A stretch of 46,756 bases of DNA from a virus. A program made the position numbers and the translations under genes. Below, in pieces: positions 6,866-16,005 of this stretch (position 1 is its first letter; each line of letters starts with the position of its first letter). Below the pieces are notes generated by a model. That model saw nothing but the letters and a program-made list of their open reading frames with translations, was not told the DNA's origin and made no database searches. The stretch lies in the IMG/VR virus record IMGVR_UViG_3300045988_161382; one strand, 5' to 3'.

Positions 6866-7084
6866 ATGGCTGAAGGATTAAGACCACATCATCATCAAGA
6901 ATTTGAATATCATACTATTCAATATTTTGATAAGAAAAGACACGTTATTGTTAAGAAGATACAGTATATGTGTATGATTTGCGGTCGTGTTCGTCATGAA
7001 AAATACGATTGCTACGTACCGCCACCTAAAAGCAAAACAAAAGCACTAGAGAGAAATAAAAGGAAATACGGCAATAGAAGCTGA
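6866..7084 (+). CDS. small Cys/His-containing hypothetical protein
   Basis: 72 aa with RBS AAAGGAGG. Contains HHHQEFEYH and CMICGRVRHEKYDC. Confidence 0.5.
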   Translation: MAEGLRPHHHQEFEYHTIQYFDKKRHVIVKKIQYMCMICGRVRHEKYDCYVPPPKSKTKALERNKRKYGNRS

Positions 7085-7227
7085 TATTTTCTTTTTTTGT
7101 ACCCAAAAACTGAAAACAACATAGCAAGATACAAAGAAAACGAATTTTGAGGTGGGCAACTCGTAAAACTGCAACCGCACAGGCTGATGCGACCAGCGTA
7201 CTAAAGCGTAGTGAATGAAAGGATCTT

Positions 7228-7836
7228 ATGAAAAGAGAATTTTTAAAGAATTTAGGATTAACAGATGAACAAGTTAATCAAATCATGACTGAAAACGGTA
7301 ATGACATTGAAAAATACCGCAAAGAAGTCGAATCAAAAACAAAAGAGCTAGAAACATTGAACACAAAATATGAATCAGCTCAAAACTCCTTGAATGATGC
7401 AAATAAGCAAATCAAATCATACAAGGATATGGATATTGAAGGCATCAAGAATTCCGCTGCTGAATGGGAAAAGAAATATAAAGATGAAACTGCAGAGTTG
7501 AACAATAAATTGACTCAACAAGAAAGAGACTTTGCTACCAATTCATACTTTGCAGGAATGAACTTTACTTCTGAAAGTGCCAAACGTGGAATCATTTCTC
7601 AATTCAAGGAACAAAATTTTGAATTAAAAGACGGCAAATTCATTGGAGCGGATGAATATATCAATGGTTTAAAAGAATCGGATGCAGGAGCATTCGTTGT
7701 TGAAAAAACTAAAGATGAACCTTCATTACCAACATTTACAAAAGGTACTGCTTCTAAAGGAGCACCTGGAGGAGAAAACAATGCAAATGCATTCGGTTTC
7801 CATTTTGCAGGTGTTAGAGCAATGCCAAAAGAATAA
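7228..7836 (+). CDS. capsid scaffolding protein (Phage_GP20-like)
   Basis: MKREFLKNLGLTDEQVNQIMTENGNDIEKYRKE... followed by long coiled coil, immediately upstream of the capsid gene. Confidence 0.8.
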   Translation: MKREFLKNLGLTDEQVNQIMTENGNDIEKYRKEVESKTKELETLNTKYESAQNSLNDANKQIKSYKDMDIEGIKNSAAEWEKKYKDETAELNNKLTQQERDFATNSYFAGMNFTSESAKRGIISQFKEQNFELKDGKFIGADEYINGLKESDAGAFVVEKTKDEPSLPTFTKGTASKGAPGGENNANAFGFHFAGVRAMPKE

Positions 7837-7857
7837 CAGATCAGGAGGAAATTAAAT

Positions 7858-8748
7858 ATGGTAGCAGTAAACTATGCACATGCATATCAACAAGCGTTAG
7901 AACAAGCTTGGCCTTATGCGCTTTATTTCGGAGATTTATTCAATACTCCAAATAACCAAAAATATAGATGGGTCAATGCAAGAACAATTGAAATTCCAAC
8001 ATTAGAAACTACAGGACGTGTAGATTCAACAAGAGATACAATTGCCACTGCATCTAGAAATTACAATAACGCATGGACACCATTAACTTTAACTAATGAA
8101 AGAAAATGGTCTACATTGGTACATCCAAAAGATATTGACCAAACAAATTTGGTTGCTTCAATTGGTAATATCACTGAAACATTCAACCAAGAACAAAAAT
8201 TCCCTGAAATGGATGTATATTGTGTTTCTAAAATCTATGCTGAATATCAAGAATTAGGTCAAACTCCTATTACTGATGAAATCACAGCAGCAAATATCTT
8301 AGAATATTTCGATAAGATGATGATTGCCATGGCAGAAGCACGTGTTCCATCTACAGGAAGAATCTTATACATCACACCAGTTTACAACGCAATGTTAAAA
8401 CAAGCTGAAAAATTAGCTAGAACTGTCATTATTGGTGATGCTGAAAATAAATTAAACAGAACTATCGCTAACTTAGACTTGGTTAAAATCGTTGAAGTTC
8501 CATCAGAATTAATGAAAACTGTTTATGACTTCACACAAGGATATAAAGCTGCAGGTTCTGCAAAACAAATCAAAATGTTCATGGTGCATCCATTAGCAGT
8601 CATTACACCAATCAACTATGAATTTGCTAAATTGGATGAACCATCTGCAATGTCTGAAGGTAAATGGGTCTACTATGAAGAATCTCATGAAGATGTATTT
8701 GTTTTAAAGAAAAAAGTAAATGCAATCCAATTTGCAGTTGAAAAATAA
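7858..8748 (+). CDS. major capsid protein
   Basis: 296-aa ORF with RBS AGGAGGAA. Position after the scaffold gene and size typical for pac-type siphoviruses of Firmicutes. Confidence 0.8.
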   Translation: MVAVNYAHAYQQALEQAWPYALYFGDLFNTPNNQKYRWVNARTIEIPTLETTGRVDSTRDTIATASRNYNNAWTPLTLTNERKWSTLVHPKDIDQTNLVASIGNITETFNQEQKFPEMDVYCVSKIYAEYQELGQTPITDEITAANILEYFDKMMIAMAEARVPSTGRILYITPVYNAMLKQAEKLARTVIIGDAENKLNRTIANLDLVKIVEVPSELMKTVYDFTQGYKAAGSAKQIKMFMVHPLAVITPINYEFAKLDEPSAMSEGKWVYYEESHEDVFVLKKKVNAIQFAVEK

Positions 8749-8766
8749 TAAAGAGGAGGATGATCT

Positions 8767-9078
8767 ATGTCACAAGTAAGAAAAGGAAATAGAATCCTTA
8801 CAATCGAGCCACATAGAGTTGATGACTATGTTGCTCGTGGTTATGATCATATTGATGAAGAATCTGGTGAAGTCATTAAAAAAGGTGACCCAGTTTCTTT
8901 AGCGGATTTTAAAAGAGAATATTCATCTTTAAAAGCACAAATTAAAGAAAAAGATGCAAGAATCGTTGAATTAGAAGCACAAAACGCTGATTTAACAACA
9001 AAAGTTGAAGAATTAGAAGCAAATGCTAAAACTCCAGCAAAAGCATCTAAAGCTAAGAAAGATACAGCAGAAGAATAG
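8767..9078 (+). CDS. head-associated hypothetical protein (coiled-coil C-terminus)
   Basis: 103-aa ORF with RBS GAGGAGGA, between the capsid and connector genes. Confidence 0.6.
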   Translation: MSQVRKGNRILTIEPHRVDDYVARGYDHIDEESGEVIKKGDPVSLADFKREYSSLKAQIKEKDARIVELEAQNADLTTKVEELEANAKTPAKASKAKKDTAEE

Positions 9079-9079
9079 T

Positions 9080-9484
9080 ATGAAGGTTTCTTATGAATAT
9101 TACGTAGATACATTCAAAGGAAAAATATGTCAGCCTGAATTTGAGGACCTTGTTGAACCTGTAATTGATTTAGTCAAGGGTTACGCTGAACAATTCATTG
9201 CACCATGGGCATTAGAAAAAAATATCGATTATTACTGTTTGGAGCTTAAACGAGCTGTATGCTATCAAATCGATTATCTTCAAGCAAATGGTGGTTTGAA
9301 TGCCTTAAATGGTACAAGTGATTTAGACTTGCAAAGCGTATCAAAAGACGGATTCAATTATAGTTATGGAGACAGGGGCAACAAATTCAATGGTGTTCCT
9401 TTTTCATCCGTTTCAGCTTATATGATTAAAAGTGAATTGAGAAGAAAAGGTCTTATGTGCAGAGTGGCCAAACGATATGATTAG
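9080..9484 (+). CDS. head-tail connector (gp6-like) protein
   Basis: ATG 9080 follows the previous stop by 1 nt. The longer ORF-track start at 9023 would overlap the previous gene. Call is based on position and size. Confidence 0.55.
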   Translation: MKVSYEYYVDTFKGKICQPEFEDLVEPVIDLVKGYAEQFIAPWALEKNIDYYCLELKRAVCYQIDYLQANGGLNALNGTSDLDLQSVSKDGFNYSYGDRGNKFNGVPFSSVSAYMIKSELRRKGLMCRVAKRYD

Positions 9485-9875
9485 CTCTCCTCGTATTTTA
9501 AGACCTTTTACTGTTACTTTGATTCATAAAGTTGATGAGGATACTTTTATTCCATTCGTTCTTGAAAACGTTGGATTTGATGAAAACTATGGCATTACAC
9601 AATCAAACAAGGGGATTTCCGATGCGGACAGTGTTCTTTTAACGATTGATTTGAGTGACTGTGGTGGACTGACATTTGTTGATCAACACGGTTACAAGTC
9701 AAAAAAGAATACTTTTACGATTGGAAATGAAGATTATTTTGTCTTGGATGCGATAAAAGAAACGGACTATGATGAACTGAAAAAGACAACCAATGTCTAT
9801 TCAATCAATAAATATGCCTGTTATCGCCCGCCAGGAACGAAAGAAATCCAGTTCATTGAGGTATATGCTTCTTGA
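9477..9875 (+). CDS. head closure / head-tail joining protein
   Basis: 132-aa ORF overlapping its neighbours, within the head-completion block. Confidence 0.5.
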   Translation: MISSPRILRPFTVTLIHKVDEDTFIPFVLENVGFDENYGITQSNKGISDADSVLLTIDLSDCGGLTFVDQHGYKSKKNTFTIGNEDYFVLDAIKETDYDELKKTTNVYSINKYACYRPPGTKEIQFIEVYAS

Positions 9876-10234
9876 AGATTTCTATTGATGTTGACTTTTC
9901 TCAAGTAAAAAAAGATTTGGAAGGGACAAAGGATAAAGCTTATCAGACTCTTAAGAATGCTGTAATAAGAGATACTGATCCTTATGTTCCTTTTTCTAAT
10001 CTGGAGAATCACACCCACTTGAGAGAAACGCCTGATATTGGAGATAATGCCAAAGAGAAAAAACAAGTCATTTACGATACTGATTATGCGCAACATGTGT
10101 ATAAAGGTACAGGGATGAACTTTGACAAGTCACGTCATCCAAAGGCAACTGCCAAATGGTTTGAAAAATCAAAGAAAGCAAACATCAAGAAATGGATTAA
10201 AAGTGTAGAGGACGTGTTTAGAAATGGAAAATAA
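9872..10234 (+). CDS. minor capsid / head-tail joining protein
   Basis: 120 aa. TTG start overlaps the previous TGA (cTTGA). Call is positional. Confidence 0.5.
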   Translation: MKISIDVDFSQVKKDLEGTKDKAYQTLKNAVIRDTDPYVPFSNLENHTHLRETPDIGDNAKEKKQVIYDTDYAQHVYKGTGMNFDKSRHPKATAKWFEKSKKANIKKWIKSVEDVFRNGK

Positions 10235-10706
10235 ATCAAATAAAAAACTGACATATGAAGAATACAACAGGGTATTGGATTGTATCTATGACTTTTGCAA
10301 GAAGTTGGATATTCAAAACGTACAAAAAAACATGTGGAAATTAGATTTCTTTACTTCAAACAAGGATGACCAAATCATGGTTCAAAGAATATCTAATCGT
10401 GCTGAAAAAATAAATGAAAACATCATAGGAGGCTATACTGCGGTATTGCCTTTTTATATTAATTTTCAATCAGGAGCTAAAACTGAAAAGAGTGTCAAGA
10501 AAATTACGGATGTTCTAGATGATTTAGCAAACCAATTTGAAATGGAAACAATGAATAAATTTGAAAACATTGTTTTTCCTGATGATATAGTTCCACAGAA
10601 ATTAGAAATGATTGCCAATCCTGGTGTTGAAACCTATGACAATGGCATTGCTAATTTTTCAGCACTTTATCAATTAACTTACTACAAGAAAGGAGCTTTT
10701 GAATAA
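10224..10706 (+). CDS. tail completion / minor capsid protein
   Basis: 160-aa ORF overlapping its neighbours, directly before the major tail gene. Confidence 0.5.
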   Translation: MENKSNKKLTYEEYNRVLDCIYDFCKKLDIQNVQKNMWKLDFFTSNKDDQIMVQRISNRAEKINENIIGGYTAVLPFYINFQSGAKTEKSVKKITDVLDDLANQFEMETMNKFENIVFPDDIVPQKLEMIANPGVETYDNGIANFSALYQLTYYKKGAFE

Positions 10707-11275
10707 TGGCACAAACATTAAGAAATACTGTAGTAAACCGTCATGAAAACCTACACTATGTCAAATTCGATGGTGTATCAAAGCCTGTATTGGCTGGTAC
10801 TGGTTTAACGGATTGGACACAAGCTGTAGATCCTTCAACAGATGACGGACAATATATCAATGAAAAGACTTCTCACTCAAACATGATGGCATACACACCA
10901 TCGGTTTCATATTCAGGTGAATTGATTCCTGGCAATGAGTTTGTTCGTCATATCTATGAAGTTGGTAAAAAAGAAATTATTGGTTCCATGTTTGATGAAT
11001 ATGAAATTGAAACATGGGCACCTGTTGAAGGTTCAACTGGATGTTTTGCAGCACATCACAGACAATATGAAATTCAACCATCTAATCCTGGTTCTGGTGA
11101 AGGTGGAGGGAAAATCGCATTGGAAGGAACTTTCGCTCAAAAGGGAGCTTCCGAACATGGCCAATACAATGTAGCAACCGGAGAATTTACTGCAGGTGAA
11201 TATGACTACACAACTGGTAAATTTACAGCTGCTTCACCTCAATCAGGTGCGTCATCAACACCAGCAAACAAATAG
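10706..11275 (+). CDS. major tail protein
   Basis: 189-aa ORF (ATGA overlap with the previous gene), upstream of the chaperone and tape-measure genes. Confidence 0.65.
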   Translation: MAQTLRNTVVNRHENLHYVKFDGVSKPVLAGTGLTDWTQAVDPSTDDGQYINEKTSHSNMMAYTPSVSYSGELIPGNEFVRHIYEVGKKEIIGSMFDEYEIETWAPVEGSTGCFAAHHRQYEIQPSNPGSGEGGGKIALEGTFAQKGASEHGQYNVATGEFTAGEYDYTTGKFTAASPQSGASSTPANK

Positions 11276-11302
11276 AAATCAAATAGGAAAGGGATTGTTA
11301 CT

Positions 11303-11800
11303 ATGTTAGAAATCAAGATTCAAGAAAATTTATTCGATGTAAAAATTAAAGATCGTATTTTCAGTATCGATGCTGACAATATCGATAATCATTTGCTGAT
11401 TGACAAGTTCATCAAAAAATACAGAGGCAATCGTACAATTGACGATACCTTTATTGAAGACTGTCAAGTCGTCATTGATGAATTGCTAGGAAAAGGATCA
11501 TACGATTATCTTTTTGATAAGGATGATTTAAAGCCTTACTATGTAATCCTAGCTCTTGCGGAAGAAATCCAAGCCAAGTTTGATGAACATGCTACGACTG
11601 AACGTCAAAAAGAAAAGCAAGACAGAATCAAAAATGAGCTTGATAGTTTAAACTCACTTACAAAGGAATTTGGAAACCTTCAAAAGCAAATGGATTACAC
11701 AAAAAACAAATACGGGTTAAAAGATTATGTTAATTCTAGACAAAAGAGATCTTCAAAAAACAATAAGAATAGAAAATCAAGAAATAGAAATAAGAACTGA
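11303..11800 (+). CDS. tail assembly chaperone
   Basis: 165 aa, between the major tail and tape-measure genes. Basic C-terminal tail overlaps the next ORF. Confidence 0.6.
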   Translation: MLEIKIQENLFDVKIKDRIFSIDADNIDNHLLIDKFIKKYRGNRTIDDTFIEDCQVVIDELLGKGSYDYLFDKDDLKPYYVILALAEEIQAKFDEHATTERQKEKQDRIKNELDSLNSLTKEFGNLQKQMDYTKNKYGLKDYVNSRQKRSSKNNKNRKSRNRNKN

Positions 11801-12326
11801 TTTTAGAACGTGGATTCAATTCTCTTGTATCGTTTCTGACAAGTATATTGATGAAAATTATAAAATTCCTATGCTGTTTGATTTGGTGATTCCAAACTAT
11901 GAATTGTACATAGAAAATGTTGATTCATTAGAATTGCTGAAAGGAATTCTTGATTTCTACAAATGTAATAAACCGGATAAACCTGAGAAGAAACCTAATA
12001 AAAAAGTTGGGTTTCTTTTTGATTATGATATGGACCTCATCTTTGCTGCGTTCATGCAGCAGTATGGCATAAATCTATTGAGAACCAATATGCACTGGTG
12101 GGAATTCAAAGCATTACTTAATGGATTGAATGACGACACCAAGTTCGTTCAGGTCGTTGGATATAGAACTGCGGATCTATCAAAAATCAAGGACAAGAAG
12201 GAACGTGCAAGAATGAAAGAACTTCAAGATTATTATGCCATTCAAGAACAGGGAGACCCATTCCAAAGAACTCAGGAAGAAATCGAAGCAGAATTATTTG
12301 AATCGTTAGGAATTCCAAAAGAATAA
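11727..12326 (+). CDS. Phage_Gp15-like tail assembly protein
   Basis: MLILDKRDLQKTIRIENQEIEIRTDFRTWIQF... resembles the A118 Gp15 family. Lies immediately upstream of the tape-measure gene. Confidence 0.6.
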   Translation: MLILDKRDLQKTIRIENQEIEIRTDFRTWIQFSCIVSDKYIDENYKIPMLFDLVIPNYELYIENVDSLELLKGILDFYKCNKPDKPEKKPNKKVGFLFDYDMDLIFAAFMQQYGINLLRTNMHWWEFKALLNGLNDDTKFVQVVGYRTADLSKIKDKKERARMKELQDYYAIQEQGDPFQRTQEEIEAELFESLGIPKE

Positions 12327-12342
12327 ATTAAAGGCAGGTGGT

Positions 12343-15165
12343 ATGATGGCAGATGGTAAAGTTGTTATTGATTTAGAAATCAATGATAAAAGCGTTGATA
12401 AGAAACTCAATACAGCTGATAAAAAAGTAGATAAATTTGCTAAAGATGTATCACAAAAAGAAGCTAAACCTAACGTTGATGCTGATACTAAGAAACTGGA
12501 AAAGAAGCTTGATGAAGCATCGAATGAGGTTGAAAGCTTTTCAAAAGAAGCTACTGACAACGCAAAAGTTGAAGGTAGTGCAAAAATGGACACTTCCAAT
12601 TTTGAAAAGAGTGCCCAGACAGTAAAATCAGAAGCATCTGCAGTTGAAAAAGCTATAGATGTTGATGGTAAAGTTGATGTTGAAGATAAAGCAACATCTA
12701 AAATAGACAATGTAAAGAAAAAGATAGATGATTTCTTAAACAAAAAAAACAAACCAAAACCTATTGAGCCTCCTGACTCTGATGATTTTGAGAAAAAGCT
12801 TCAAGAAATGGAAGATAAAATCAAATCATTCGGTGCAAAGATCGCAGGATATCTAGCCATAGGAGAAGCAATTAAACAAGGAACTGAAATTGGAAAAGAA
12901 GTCTATACTGATTTTGAAGATTCAGTTGCACGTGTCAAAGGTGCCCTAGGAGAAACAGATGACCAAGCGAGACAGACTGCACAGGTCATTAAGGATGTTT
13001 ATGAGGCTGGGCTTGGTGAAAGTATGGACCGAGTCGCTGAAGCTGTTGTTCGCATCAAACGTAACCTAGGAGAGATGGATGATGGAACCCTTAATTCCAT
13101 CACACAACAAGCAATCATTCTTGAAGATACATTTGATGTAGATATGAATGAAACCCTTCGAGGTGTTAAAGGCTTGATGAAAAACTTTGGTTTAACTGCA
13201 CAAGAAGCAATGGACTATATTGTCGCAGGAACTCAAGAAGGGTTGGACTGGACTGATGAACTAGGAGATAACATTTCAGAGTATTCAGGAAAGTTCTCCC
13301 AAGCGGGATATTCAGCAAGTGAATATTTCCAATTATTGAAAAATGGCTCCGATAGTGGAGCGTATAATCTCGATAAGGTAAATGATGCTATCAATGAAGT
13401 AACTACTCGTTTAGCTGATGGTACTATTGAGGGTGCTCTAGGTTCATTTTCAAACGAAACACAAAAGACATTCAAAGCATGGCAGGATGGAAAGGCTACT
13501 CAAAAAGATGTTATCGATAGCATTGTAAATGATATTACTAAATGTGACGATCAGCAAAAAGCATTGACAATGTCAGCTACTGCTTTCGGTACAATGGGAG
13601 AAGATGCTAACCTTACATTTGCAAAAGCGTTAAATAGTGTTGGAACTACTTTTGATGATGTTTCAGGAAAAGGACAACAGTTTGCTGATGAAACAACGAC
13701 TCCAATGCAAGAATTGGAATCAAAAGTTAGAAAGGTCAAAGATCAGTTACAGCCTTTAGGTGATTTGTTCTACGATATAGCAGGCGTTGTATTAGATAAC
13801 TTTGCCCCTCTATCAGGAATAATAGTTACAGTAGCTACAGCAATTGCTACATACAAAGCTATTACTACTGCGGCTGATGTTGCTACAAAAGGACTTGCGG
13901 CAGCACAAAAATTATTGAGTGTAGCAATGGATGTAGGTCCTGTTGGGATGCTTGTAGTAGGTATCACGGCATTAGTCGCTGGATTCCTTTATTTATGGAA
14001 TACAAGTGATGGATTCAGAAAATTCTGGTCAAAACAATGGGAGAATATAAAAGCATCATTTCAAAGTGTAGCTGATATACTCGTACCATTCTTTACCAAA
14101 ACGTTGCCTGAAGCATTCAATGGGCTTGTTGAAACATTTCAAGGTGTCGGTGATTCAATCGTTGAATTCTTCGTTGGAATTGGCGAGACGATTGCATCTT
14201 TCTTCACTGAAACGATTCCAGAAGCGTTTAATGGTTTCATAGAAACTGTAAGCGGATTTGTTGATTCAGTGGTCAGCTTCTTTAGTGAACTTCCTTACAA
14301 CATAGGATATGCTATAGGATATATCATTGCATTGATCGTAGACCTTGGGATGAAATTTGTTGAATTTGTTACGGTTGATGTCCCAAATTTCGTAACAGGT
14401 TTTATTTCTTGGATTTCTCAGTTACCCGGCCAATTCTGGACATATATTACTGATATCATAGGAAAAGTAGCTGAGTTTGCTTTGAATTTGATTTCCAAAG
14501 GATATGAAGCAGGGTCAAACTTTGTATCAAGCATCATCAGTTTTGTTACAGGATTACCTGGGCAAATTTGGAGCGTATTGTCAAATGCTATTGGAAAGGT
14601 TGCTGAGTTCGTTGTCAAGATGGGTTCAAAAGGTATTGAAGCAGCCAAATCACTATGGGATGGAATTGTCAATACTCTTTCAGGATTACCAGGAAAGATG
14701 GCCGATATTGGTAAATATATCGTTGAGGGCATTTGGAACGGTATCAAAAATGCAAAAGACTGGTTGCTTGGAAAAATTGGAGATTTTGCAAAAGGTGTTA
14801 TAGACGGCTTCAAAGGTGCACTTGGAATTAATTCGCCATCAAGAGTAATGAGAGATGCCATTGGTAAATTCTTACCACCAGGTATTGCTGTGGGGTTTGA
14901 AGTGGCCATGCCAAAAGCTCAAAAATCCATGAACAAAGAACTTGAAAAAATGACAAGTGACTTGAATGGTATCATGAACTTCAATTTGGATGATATCGAA
15001 CTGAAAACAAATCTTGATATTGCAAGACAAACAGCATTTGAAAGCAATGTCACAAATGAATTAAAAATAGATTATGATAAGATGGGAAATTCAACCGCTA
15101 AAGCAATTAAAAACAGTGGAATGTCTTTCAAAGTAGACAAGCGTGAATTTGCCAGAATTATTTAG
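12343..15165 (+). CDS. tail tape measure protein
   Basis: 940 aa with an N-terminal Lys/Asp-rich coiled coil, a central hydrophobic/TM block, and repeated F..I...I.....P..FW..I...IGKVAEF units. Confidence 0.9.
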   Translation: MMADGKVVIDLEINDKSVDKKLNTADKKVDKFAKDVSQKEAKPNVDADTKKLEKKLDEASNEVESFSKEATDNAKVEGSAKMDTSNFEKSAQTVKSEASAVEKAIDVDGKVDVEDKATSKIDNVKKKIDDFLNKKNKPKPIEPPDSDDFEKKLQEMEDKIKSFGAKIAGYLAIGEAIKQGTEIGKEVYTDFEDSVARVKGALGETDDQARQTAQVIKDVYEAGLGESMDRVAEAVVRIKRNLGEMDDGTLNSITQQAIILEDTFDVDMNETLRGVKGLMKNFGLTAQEAMDYIVAGTQEGLDWTDELGDNISEYSGKFSQAGYSASEYFQLLKNGSDSGAYNLDKVNDAINEVTTRLADGTIEGALGSFSNETQKTFKAWQDGKATQKDVIDSIVNDITKCDDQQKALTMSATAFGTMGEDANLTFAKALNSVGTTFDDVSGKGQQFADETTTPMQELESKVRKVKDQLQPLGDLFYDIAGVVLDNFAPLSGIIVTVATAIATYKAITTAADVATKGLAAAQKLLSVAMDVGPVGMLVVGITALVAGFLYLWNTSDGFRKFWSKQWENIKASFQSVADILVPFFTKTLPEAFNGLVETFQGVGDSIVEFFVGIGETIASFFTETIPEAFNGFIETVSGFVDSVVSFFSELPYNIGYAIGYIIALIVDLGMKFVEFVTVDVPNFVTGFISWISQLPGQFWTYITDIIGKVAEFALNLISKGYEAGSNFVSSIISFVTGLPGQIWSVLSNAIGKVAEFVVKMGSKGIEAAKSLWDGIVNTLSGLPGKMADIGKYIVEGIWNGIKNAKDWLLGKIGDFAKGVIDGFKGALGINSPSRVMRDAIGKFLPPGIAVGFEVAMPKAQKSMNKELEKMTSDLNGIMNFNLDDIELKTNLDIARQTAFESNVTNELKIDYDKMGNSTAKAIKNSGMSFKVDKREFARII

Positions 15166-15177
15166 AAAGGAGCATTT

Positions 15178-16005
15178 ATGAAAGTATATTATGTCAATTC
15201 AAACAATGAGCAAATAGATTTGTTAAGTGCTCCTTATCATATTGAAGAAACTGACTTTTTTAACTTTGAGTGGTCATATGAAACTGAAAATAGAAGGGTC
15301 ACACGCTTTTATCGTGATGTCGAAACGAAAAAGGTTAGTGTAGATATCTTTAGCCAAAATCAAAAAGACTTCTACAGTGCTCTAAATAGACTCGTTGAGA
15401 TATTTGATGTAGATAACGTAAGCAATGTCAAAGGAAAACTTTTCTATAATGACTACTATATAGAGTGCAATATCTTTAAGAACCAAAAGGACATGAAGTC
15501 ATATATCCTTCCATACGCAAAGGTAGATTTAACTCTGGTAACTGATTCAACTAAATGGATCAAGGAAGATACCTACCATTTTTATAGCAGTGGTGAAGGA
15601 AGAAAAACTGGAACAAAGAAGTATTCCTATAAATACCCTTATGTCTATGGTGCGAGCGAAGGACAAATGACAGTCAGAAACATTGGAGTCGTTGAAAATG
15701 ATATTTTATTAAGAATATATGGTCCAGCACAAGACCCAGCCATTAAAATAGGAGACAACCTTTATCAAATCAATACGACTCTTGAAGCAAATGAAAGACT
15801 TGAAATCGACACAATGAAAAAGAAAGCTGTAAAAATCACAGCACACGGTGATGAAATCAATGTTTTTAATGACAGGAACAAAGACAACAGATTGTATGTT
15901 CCCATCCCACCTGATACAAATATTGTCGTTTGGAACAACTCTTTTTCATTTGATATCGTTGTCTACGATGCAAGAAGTGAACCGAAATGGGAGAGCGATG
16001 AATGA
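15178..16005 (+). CDS. distal tail protein (Dit-like)
   Basis: 275-aa ORF directly after the tape-measure gene. Confidence 0.7.
   Translation: MKVYYVNSNNEQIDLLSAPYHIEETDFFNFEWSYETENRRVTRFYRDVETKKVSVDIFSQNQKDFYSALNRLVEIFDVDNVSNVKGKLFYNDYYIECNIFKNQKDMKSYILPYAKVDLTLVTDSTKWIKEDTYHFYSSGEGRKTGTKKYSYKYPYVYGASEGQMTVRNIGVVENDILLRIYGPAQDPAIKIGDNLYQINTTLEANERLEIDTMKKKAVKITAHGDEINVFNDRNKDNRLYVPIPPDTNIVVWNNSFSFDIVVYDARSEPKWESDE

Noticed and set aside
7085-7227. tRNA, suppressor tRNA or riboswitch in the GC-richer leader upstream of the scaffold gene (also searched in 21579-21715, 29870-30346 and 42519-43384)
   Set aside because: No cloverleaf features (no GTTCRANYC T-loop or D-loop consensus) and no convincing conserved-looking structure were seen. 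No tRNA could be supported anywhere in the window.
10935-11174. 79-aa ORF in an alternate frame within the major tail gene
   Set aside because: It is fully nested in a better-supported gene, has no RBS, and its composition is atypical.
11727-11800. Programmed -1 frameshift between the two tail-chaperone ORFs (gpG/gpGT paradigm)
   Set aside because: The downstream frame is +1/-2 relative to the upstream one, not -1. No slippery heptamer is visible in the 74-nt overlap, and the second ORF has its own ATG. A frameshift cannot be excluded, but the sequence does not support it.
12306-14909. Minus-strand ORFs inside the tape-measure gene (12306-12752, 13233-13475, 13551-13739, 13770-13967, 14418-14909) and the plus-strand alternate-frame ORFs 12437-12625 and 14504-14803
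   Set aside because: These are antisense or alternate-frame shadows of a long, compositionally biased gene. Their translations are low-complexity Ser/Ala/Phe-rich, they have no RBS, and the + strand frame is clearly the real one.
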